Assembly: GCF_009914755.1 (NCBI RefSeq)
Contig: NC_060930.1
DNA: 64,000 nt
Direction: 5' to 3' (one strand)
Source of the DNA: the human T2T-CHM13v2.0 reference genome, Homo sapiens
Part shown: positions 55,783-64,000 of the stretch, piece after piece
Layout of the letters: every line of letters starts with the position of its first letter
Numbering within the stretch: position 1 is the stretch's first letter
Notes under the pieces: generated by a model
Told to the model about the DNA's origin: nothing
The model's database searches: none
Seen by the model: the letters and a program-made list of their open reading frames with translations, nothing else
Program-made: the position numbers and the translations under genes

Positions 55783-58429
55783 GTGAGAGGGGGGAAGCCA
55801 GAGATGAACTGGGAGGGCAGGAGTGGGCACTGGAGCTGGGCCCTCCCCTTGTGGGCAGGGACCAGGCGGTCCCCGGCTGGAGGCTGGAGGTGTGTTGGGA
55901 GGAGGGGAGCGGCCCAGAGCCTGGCAGGGAGGAGGGGAAAGAGAGGGAATAGAGTTGGGTGCCATGGTGTGGTGAATGGGCTGAGGGACTAGGGTGTCCC
56001 CAATGGGGGACCGTTGTCCAGAAACAGGTTAGATTCTCTCTTTGGTCCTCATGTCCCCATCTGTCCCGCAGGTGCCTCTTCCTTTCTCAGCCTTTTATAC
56101 TTCTCATCTCCCCGTGTCCCTTAGCTTCACACTCTGCGCCCCAGTCTCCCTCCTCTTTCCCTCCACTCTCTGTTTCACTCCAGCCCCTTCTTCCCTTGTC
56201 CTTGCTTCTTGTCCCCTTGATCTGTCTGCCCAGCTCTCAAGCCTCCTCAGTTCCCTGCCTTCCTCTCTTAGGAGTTTGTTTCCAACACTGTTTCCTTCCC
56301 GAGTCCACTTCAGTTCCTTCATCCAGTTCAGCCCTTTTCTTCCCAAACTTCAGTCTCCTCCTCTGAGCCCCTGGGGCTTCCCACCTTTTGCTGTGTGTGC
56401 CCTGTCTTCATCCTCCTTTTCCTCTCTCAGACCTGTCTCCTTGGCCTTGACCTCAGTCCATCTCCGTCTCTCTGGGAATTCTCTCACCATTGTCCCCATC
56501 TGACCATCAGCCTCCTCTCCCTCTTCTGGTCCCTTGCCCTTTTCTTCCCCAACCACAGCTGAGCTGTTTCATCTCTCTCCCAGAGCTACGTCATCTCAAT
56601 CTCCTCCTTCGCTCCCTGGCCTCAGTTTCCAGTTTATTCAGTGGCATCAGGTCTGACTCACACCCAAAGCCTTGTACACTCCTTCACCCTGCCCCCCACC
56701 CATCGCTTCTTACTCTCCCCAGCTGCTGACCCAGCCTGCTCCTCCAGAGGCAGCTGCAGCTCCCGGAAGGGGACTGCAGCTAGTGTATGTGTGGGGGCCC
56801 ATCTGGTCCGTCCTCTCGCTCGCTGGTCGTGCTGGGCTTCCCTCCTGTGGCCAGGTGGTCTGCAGGCCTGAAGCTGCCTTCTCCCCTCTCCTACGTGCCT
56901 CTCCTCACATTTTTTCAGCTGTTTCCCATCCTCTCCTTCCTGGGCAGCAGGCTGCCACTGGCTTGAAGGGGAGGGAAGCCCAGGATGGGAGGGGATGGTA
57001 GAGGGTCATTTGGGGGTTCTCGGGGACACAGGGGGCCTCTGGGGTTCGGAGTGATGCAGGAGATGTGGAACGGGCTCTGGGGACCACGGATGGGTAATCA
57101 GGCCCTCTTGGTCTTTGGTGCTGCTCTCTGGGCCCCAGGATGGCTGGGATTTCCCTCTCAGGCCCCTGGGAATCTCGGCTCCGAGTCCCGCATTCCAGCT
57201 GGCTCCAGCTCCCTTTCCGTTGTCACTTGACTCCACTGGGCCCCAGCCTTGCATCCCTCCCACTCCTCCAGCCTGGAGCTGGGGCGAGGTGGGCATCACC
57301 ACTAGGAATTTCTCCTGAGGCAGTGAGAAGAGGGGACAAAGGTTTCAGGACTCTCTAGCTCCTTCTGCTCTCCCCAGTGGACCCCTCTGTCTGGCACTGC
57401 CATGCCACTTAGCTGGGGTCAGCGTGGGCCTGGGGTGTGGAATGTCCCACCAGGGTATGACGGGCTGTAGCTTGCCTGGCAGGCCTGTTGGGGCTTTCCC
57501 AGAGCACAGCTCCTGGAAGGAGGGGCTGTGGGCTGCCAGGTGAGGTGACTTGGGAAGCCTTGGCCCCACCCCCAGGCTGGCCCCACCCCCAGTCCAGCGT
57601 CTCCTGGGCCTAGATTCCCCAGCTGCTGTCTCTGGAGGGGTAGGTGTTCTGGGGGAATGAATCCCTGGGGGCTTGGTGGGACAGGAAGGCGGGAAGAAGC
57701 TGCTCTTCGAGTGACCCTGGGGCTGTCTGTTAGCAGGTCCCTCAGCCGTTGGAACGTCCTTGGGCTTCTGAACTAGTGCCCATGTGTGCCTCGGCCTTTC
57801 CCAAGGGCCAGCTTCTTCCTGGTAGTGCTTTTGTGTACTTGTCTGGTTGGGACTTCGTGTTTCTTTCTTGGGATTGTTGTCTGGGACTGCAAGCAGGGTA
57901 TGTTTTTATCTACTGTGAGGTTCCTGGGGCGGAGATGTGCAGTGGAGCGAGAACTTCCTGTGACCGTGACATTGTCTAGGTGGTGAGCAGGTGTGGGGGT
58001 GTGGAGAGAGGTGAGGGGCTGAGGTAGTGCTGAGTGGGGAAAAAGCACCTCCCACCACAAGCTGTTCTGTCCGGCTCCATCCTCTGCCCAGTAGCTCTCT
58101 CAGTTGCTTTGCCTACTCAGTCTCACTGTTTCATCTTCCCTGGGTCTCTTGGTCCCCTTCCTTTTGACTGTGTGTGATTTTCACTGTGCCTCCATCCTTC
58201 TCCTGCTCCTCTTCTTCCTCCTCCCGACCACTCAACTTTGTCCTGGCCTCATTTTTGGCCTCTTCTGGCCAGTGATCAGACCCTCTGGCCCACTACGGCC
58301 AGAGCTGGCTGGGCCTGAGGGAGGCTTGCCCTGAGGACTCCTGAGTCCCCCTCCCACTCCACTCCGTTGGGAGCCCAGGGGAATCAGGGCCTGGGCGTCT
58401 GGACCCCCGGGTCCCTTAGAACGCCCTTC

Positions 58430-58585
58430 AGAGAGAGGAACTGAGAGGAGAAGGAGAAGAGAGTGGGCCCGCCTTCAGGGTCTGGGGCCTTCCAGGTTGG
58501 GTCGTAGGGGCGGGAGCGCACAGGCTGCGAGAGAGGAGCAAAGGTTGGTGGAGGGAGAAGAGCAGTCTGGGGCCTGGCTGGACAG
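58430..58585 (+). other. DDR1: Candidate DDR1 alternative first exon (start approximate)
   Basis: Strong donor CAG|GTGAGC at 58586 at the edge of the CpG island. Confidence 0.5.
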
Positions 58586-58699
58586 GTGAGCCCTGAGACC
58601 TGAGCTCTGCTCCCTTCTCTGGGCTAACTCCCGCAGCTGGGCTGGGCCGAGCCTGTGGGAACCTGCTTCTTCCTCTGTGCCCTGGGGCTGCTCCCCTTT

Positions 58700-59580
58700 G
58701 CCTCTCCCACCAGGAACCGATCCCAGAAGTAGGAGGGGCGTCTTCCCCTCGTGGGCCCTGAGCGGGACTGCAGCCAGCCCCCTGGGGCGCCAGCTTTGGA
58801 GGTTCTCGTTTGGGGAAGCGGGGGTGGGCTGCGAGTGGGTGGAGGGGGCTGGGCGCGGAGCCGGCCGGAGGCAGCGGCGCGGGCGGCTGGGCGGCCTGGG
58901 AGCGCCCAGGCGGGCTTGGCGGGCGGGTTACCTGGGGGAGGCCGGGCCGGGCGCTAGCGCGCGGGGTGGGCGTGGCGGGCGCGGGGCCTGGAGCTCGGCG
59001 CCGGGCGTGGGAGCCACTGGGACTACTGGGTCCGGGAGGGGGAAGGGAGGGCTGCGAGCCCGAACGCGCGGCGAGAAGGCCGAGGGGAGGGAGGGGAGCG
59101 AGGAGCGGGAGGAGGAAGGGAGGGAGCCGAGGCGAGGGGGAGGCGGCGCCTGGGCCCGAGCCGCCCCAGCCCTGGCTCCTCTCCCCGGAACAGGCCCCCG
59201 ACAGCTGCTCTCGGGAGCCGCCTCCCGACACCCGAGCCCCGCCGGCGCCTCCCGCTCCCGGCTCCCGGCTCCTGGCTCCCTCCGCCTCCCCCGCCCCTCG
59301 CCCCGCCGCCGAAGAGGCCCCGCTCCCGGGTCGGACGCCTGGGTCTGCCGGGAAGAGCGATGAGAGGTAGGGAGAGCGGCGGCGGAACCCGCGGGCGGAG
59401 GCCTGGGGCTCTTGGGGTGGGGGCGCGCGGCGGCGCCTGCAGGGCGAGGGGCGGGGGAGGCAGGACGTCCCGAGCCATGCTTGGTCGTCCAGCTCTTCTA
59501 AGCCTCCCTGCCCGCCTCCCCGATGCTCTGGCATACCGTCTGAAAACCGGGGGCGGGGACTGGGTGGAGGTGAAGCCCGT
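58700..59580. promoter_or_regulatory. DDR1 CpG island / main promoter
   Basis: Very high GC and CpG density, multiple GGGCGG boxes and G-runs. Confidence 0.92.
59194..59366 (+). other. DDR1: DDR1 5'UTR exon in the CpG island (first exon, or internal exon via the acceptor at 59192-59193)
   Basis: Donor GAG|GTAGGG at 59367; acceptor ccccggaacAG; GC-rich leader. Confidence 0.8.
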
Positions 59581-59875
59581 GACCTCCCAGAAAGAGTTTT
59601 GAGCCTCCAGCCTTGAGGCAAGTCCTCTCTCACTCAGTGCGGAGGAACTGAGCCCCGGGAGGAGGTGCTCCTGTGCAGCCCCACTGAGTCAGCTCATCTA
59701 TCGCCTGCCCTCCACCTGGCCAGTCCCTGCGGGCATCTAACTGCTAAGCCTCCGCTCAGCCAACACCCAGTTGGTCAGTCTGGTCACAGTCCAGCAAAAA
59801 GAGGGACTGCCACTCTAACCCACCAGTGACACCACTCTTCCCGGCTGGATGGTCAATTAGCTCTGGCATGAGAGA

Positions 59876-59887
59876 ATGTCACTGCCG
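59876..59887 (+). CDS. DDR1: Coding end (MSLP) of an alternative DDR1 first exon giving an 18-aa N-terminal extension
   Basis: ATG TCA CTG CCG|GTGAGC; joined to 63344 it reads MSLPRCCPHPLRPEGSGA-MGPEAL in frame. Confidence 0.7.
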
Positions 59888-60280
59888 GTGAGCGCCAGCT
59901 TCAGGGTCCCACCCCCCCATGCCTGGCTCTTGGCTGAACATTTCTTCCCAGCGCTTCCAGCAGCCAGAGGCAGGCGCCCAAGCTCGCTGGCTGTTGCTGA
60001 GGGCCTGTAGGTGTGTCCAGGACTGAGTGGTGTGGTGGAGACAGGTGAAAGGGGAGTGAGTGGAAAGGCAGGGAAAGGCTGTTGTCCTTATTGCCACTCT
60101 TCCCACCCAGCGCCCACCTGTTCCCTGCCCCCTCGACGTCCCTCTGGCTTGGTCACCCATGTGTGTTAGAGGCTGGGCCCCAGTTCTCTGGGGATCCTGT
60201 GCCCAAGGGCCCGGGTGTGTGTGTCTCATGCTGTCTTTTGGTCACAGGAGCATGTGGTGTCTGTCATTTCATGTTCACAG

Positions 60281-60336
60281 GTGTCTGAAGGTGGCTATTC
60301 ACTGAGCGATGGGGTTGGACTTGAAGGAATGCCAAG
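60281..60336 (+). other. DDR1: DDR1 56-nt internal 5'UTR exon
   Basis: ttcacAG acceptor, AAG|GTGTGG donor; matches my memory of the DDR1 mRNA leader ...gaaggaatgccaag|agatgctg. Confidence 0.85.
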
Positions 60337-61607
60337 GTGTGGACGGGTTGATGTATGCATGAGCTTCTGTGTTTGCTCTGTCTCAGAAACTCTGTGAGGG
60401 TTGTCAGGGACACTGAGAGGTGGGTGTGTGCATGCCACATTTAGCCTCGCTGTTTACAGCCAGTTCAGTAAGTTTGTGTGTTTCACCGTGTGTGTGTGTA
60501 CAGAGCTGTGTGGGTGTTGTCTGAGTGGGACTTGGGGGTTGGGAGAGGAGCGTGAAGGGCTTGAGGCAGGGTGGCCTGGCCCCTGGTTTGTCTTTGGTTG
60601 TAATGGAGTGGAAGGGGGTGGGATTGGGGAAGGTCTTCTGGGCTTGTCCTCTCTTGCCCTCTGGGTCTCTGACTATGGACTGAAGACCCAGTGGAGAGAG
60701 ATGAGGTGACTGGGGGTGTTGGAGAACAGACAGCCCAGACGTCTCTGTGCTTCTCCGTGTTCCTCTGCTTGGCTCTGTGCCCCGTGTTTCTGAGCCTGCT
60801 CTATTTACCTCTTGCATTGTGGCTCTCGCTCTGTCTCCGCCTGCCTCGTATCCTCTGCCTGCCTTTGTATCTCTGCCCCGGGCTCCTCTCGGCTCTGTGT
60901 GGCTCTGATGACTCATCTGGGATAGGCATGAAGGTTACTTAGGGGAACAAGAGCCCCGCTGTTCCCGATAGAGGTGGGGTTGGAGAGCGGCACCCAGGAA
61001 TTCCAAGCCAGTCTCCTGGGACTCTGGCAGCCTGCTCCCCGGCGCTGGACCCTAAGGGACCAGGCGTGATGCCTTCTGGTTCTAGCCTCTGAGTGCCCCC
61101 CACAACTCAGTCGTCCCCCTCAGCTGCTGCTTCAGAGCTCTGGGGTCTCAGCTGCCTCTTACATTCCTGCCCTAGTGCATTGTGGGAGCAGCTGGAGGAG
61201 GACAAAGGGATGGGGGAGTATCCCCCACTCCTCCTACCTCCTGGGGTGACCTGCCTTCCTTGTCTTTAGACCCGCCCTCGTCTCCAAGGCAACTCAGCCT
61301 TTCCTCAGTCCCTCAGAGGCAGCCACCTTCTGGAAGTGGGAACTGGGGGGACTGGATGTCTGGGTCTCAGGAAGGCAGAGCAGGGATAACTGGGCCCAAG
61401 ATGCCCTGAACCTGATAAGAGGTGGCAGTCGAGTCCCTCAGGACTCCAGGGCCTGGAGACTTCAGTACAGGGCTCTGAGACCAGTACAGGTTAGGATAGC
61501 TTTTCCTGCAGCAGGGGAGGGGAGAGTAGTTACTTGGGTTTGTAAGGAGATGCCATTTAGAATAGTTTTATGTGGGGTAAGCTTCCTGGGCCTGAGGAAC
61601 AGAGTAG

Positions 61608-61760
61608 GGATTTTCAAACTTTAATGGGCACAGGTCACCTGGGAATTGTGTTAAAAGGCAGATTTTGATTGAGCAGGTCAAGGGTGAGCCTGAGATTCTG
61701 ATTTCTTCCATGCTTCCAGGTATTGCTGATGGTCCAGGGACCACCCTGGGCCTAGAGGGC
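61608..61760. mobile_element. MER5A-like hAT MITE
   Basis: TTTTCAAACTTTAAT...TCACCTGGG...GTTAAAAGGCAGATT...GGGACCACCCT. Confidence 0.65.
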
Positions 61761-62049
61761 TATAGGGGACAGTAAGACTAGAAGGTGCTGGGGTCCCCTC
61801 TGCCCTTCTCTTAGAATTCTGGACTCCTATGTGGGAGGGCAGCAGGGTGAGCTGGTCCAGGCTTATCTGATGTTTAATTCTATCATATCCTCAACAAGGA
61901 ATTGCCCAACCTTTCCTGGGACATATTTATTTTTTAAAAGTCAAAATGATTTTCATATTCTTTTACATATCTTATGATTTTACATAAATGCATTTATGTT
62001 ACAAGATTTAGAAAAATAGTACAATCAACCTGTCTTTTTAAATTTGCTT

Positions 62050-63030
62050 TTCTTTTGCCCCGTTCATGTTAACTCTTGTTATATTGTATTCTATTGTTAT
62101 ATTCTATTATATATTCTCTCCTTCTAGACATACACACAGGTATATATACAAACATGGGTGCTTGTTTATTCTATTTTCAAAAGGTGGGATATTTTTTATA
62201 CTTCTGTTGCTTGCTTTTCATATTCAACAGATATACATGGAAATCACACAAAGTTAGGAATATATTGCCTCTTTGTTACTTTTCATAGCTGCATAGTAGT
62301 CAATAAACCTTATTTTTTTTAATTCCAGCCTGTCCCCTGTGGGCATTCACATATCTTACAGATTTATGTCTTACAAAAGGTACCATAATAAACATCTTTG
62401 AAATCTTCTTTTTTATTTTTATTTTTCACTTTTTTTAAAGAGATGGGGTCTCACTATGTTCACCAGGCTGGTCTCTAACTCCTGGCCTCAAGTGATCCTC
62501 CCATCTCGGCCTCCCAAAGTGCTGGGGTTACAGGCATGAGCCACCAGACCCAGACCTGCACATATGTTCTTACTTCCTGGTGCTTCTCTCTCGAGGGAAT
62601 GCTGGGTCGAAGAGGATGTGCATTTTTAATTATAATAGACATTGCTAGATTGCTTTCCAAATAGAAGATAACACTCATTTCTGCCATTGAGCATGGTGCC
62701 TCCCTTTTCATCACTTTCTACCACTTTTATATGTTACAGCCTTAAAAAAATATCTTGTCAGTCTGCTTGGTATTTCCCTGAGGCTAGTGAATTTGACCAT
62801 TAAAAAAAATGTTTGTTGGCAATTTGGCTTTGCTTTTCTGTGAAATGACTATTCACATTCTTTGGCTGTTTCTTTATTGGGTTACTTATATATTTTTTCT
62901 TGTCAGTTCCTAAGGGGCCTTAGTTTATTGTAGTTATTAAACCTTTTCCTGTTGTATGTGTTATAAACATTTTTTGCACACTTGTTGTTTGTTCTAAGCC
63001 GTTGTTTATGGGGATATTTTGCCCATTCCT
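62050..63030 (-). mobile_element. L1ME-type fragment with a FLAM/Alu monomer (~62410-62555)
   Basis: AT-rich antisense L1 3' motifs (GCTGCATAGTA, GAATGCTGGGTCGAAG). Confidence 0.55.
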
Positions 63031-63044
63031 GATTGGAGAAATGG

Positions 63045-63230
63045 GGCTTTAGGAAGTTATTTAACTGATCTCTGCCCTAGTTTCTTCATGTGTTAAATAT
63101 GGATAGTAATAGTATCTACCTTATGAAGTGACTGTGAAGATAAAATTATGGATTCTGTTTAAGGGTTTAGGCCAGTGTCTGGCACAGGGGAAGCATTCTA
63201 AAAATATAGCTGATGCTGTTAAACAATGAC
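63045..63230 (+). mobile_element. MIR in a DDR1 intron
   Basis: AAGTTATTTAAC...AGTTTCTTCAT...TAATAGTATCTACC...GTCTGGCACAG. Confidence 0.7.
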
Positions 63231-63385
63231 TGTTGTTGTTGTTTTACTGTTATTATCCCCAAAGCGGCCCATTCTGTCTGTTGCTGTCAGCTATGACTCA
63301 GTCCCCTGATTAACTTACGCACCACCCATTTTATCCCCTGCAGAGATGCTGCCCCCACCCCCTTAGGCCCGAGGGATCAGGAGCT

Positions 63386-63470
63386 ATGGGACCAGAGGCC
63401 CTGTCATCTTTACTGCTGCTGCTCTTGGTGGCAAGTGGAGATGCTGACATGAAGGGACATTTTGATCCTG
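63386..63470 (+). CDS. DDR1: DDR1 first coding exon (CDS part; exon starts at 63344): signal peptide MGPEALSSLLLLLLVASGDADMKGHFDP
   Basis: Recognised DDR1 N-terminus; acceptor ccctgcAG at 63342-63343; donor CTG|GTGAGG at 63471. Confidence 0.98.
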
Positions 63471-63563
63471 GTGAGGAGACTGAATCATGGGTCCCTGAGG
63501 GCCAGGGCTTGGGAGGTAGAGAGTTGGGGGCCTTGACCTGTTACATGCCTGCTTTTTACTCAG

Positions 63564-63666
63564 CCAAGTGCCGCTATGCCCTGGGCATGCAGGACCGGAC
63601 CATCCCAGACAGTGACATCTCTGCTTCCAGCTCCTGGTCAGATTCCACTGCCGCCCGCCACAGCAG
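63564..63666 (+). CDS. DDR1: DDR1 second coding exon (discoidin domain: (A)[33 protein letters not shown](R))
   Basis: tactcAG acceptor 63562-63563; CAG|GTACTT donor at 63667; phase matches the flanking exons. Confidence 0.98.
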
Positions 63667-63857
63667 GTACTTGGCACACCTGGCACACTTGTAGCTGCCC
63701 CGAGAGGAGCTCCTGGGACCTCTACTTCCCCTCCAACCCCTCTGCCCATGCCAGTGAAACCCCTGCAGGCTGAGGGGGCAAATGAAGTGGGGTTTAAATA
63801 CTGGAGATGGAGGCAGACCTGGGGCCAGATGTTCTCTGTGCCCCTCTTCACCCTCAG

Positions 63858-64000
63858 GTTGGAGAGCAGTGACGGGGATGGGGCCTGGTGCCCCGCAGGG
63901 TCGGTGTTTCCCAAGGAGGAGGAGTACTTGCAGGTGGATCTACAACGACTCCACCTGGTGGCTCTGGTGGGCACCCAGGGACGGCATGCCGGGGGCCTGG
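63858..64000 (+). CDS. DDR1: DDR1 third coding exon, partial ([47 protein letters not shown]), runs off the window
   Basis: ccctcAG acceptor 63856-63857; discoidin (F5/8 type C) motifs GAWC, EYLQVDL, VGTQGR. Confidence 0.98.

Noticed and set aside
58428-59633. 401-aa minus-strand ORF and overlapping long ORFs
   Set aside because: Low-complexity Pro/Gly/Ala/Arg frames are expected in a CpG island with few stop codons; no domain recognised.

Overview
Human genomic DNA, recognisable as the MHC region of 6p21.33 just upstream of DDR1. The last ~9 kb hold the DDR1 alternative first exons, the CpG island and the first three coding exons (signal peptide plus the start of the discoidin domain). The first ~55 kb are dense with repeats: ~50 Alus, two full-length THE1 proviruses, many solo LTRs (MER41, MER50, LTR9, MER11, MER39, MER4, MLT, MST), a Tigger1 relic, L1/L2/MIR fragments and a 3'-truncated 7SK pseudogene. 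The probable 5' ends of the lncRNAs LINC00243 and LINC02570 also lie here. Main unexpected observation: the unique DNA between the repeats appears to be a fossil cluster of Ty3/Gypsy Gag-derived genes. It comprises one PEG10/RTL-like gag-protease relic, two good and one moderate PNMA-like relics, and three weak ones. In one relic a 133-codon frame reopens when the 7SK insertion is removed. There is also a 2.4-kb inversion between two inverted LTRs, indicated by swapped target-site duplications and a split Alu. Protein and repeat-family comparisons were made by eye against remembered sequences, so they need confirmation by HMM/BLAST. Repeat boundaries are approximate unless a TSD is quoted.
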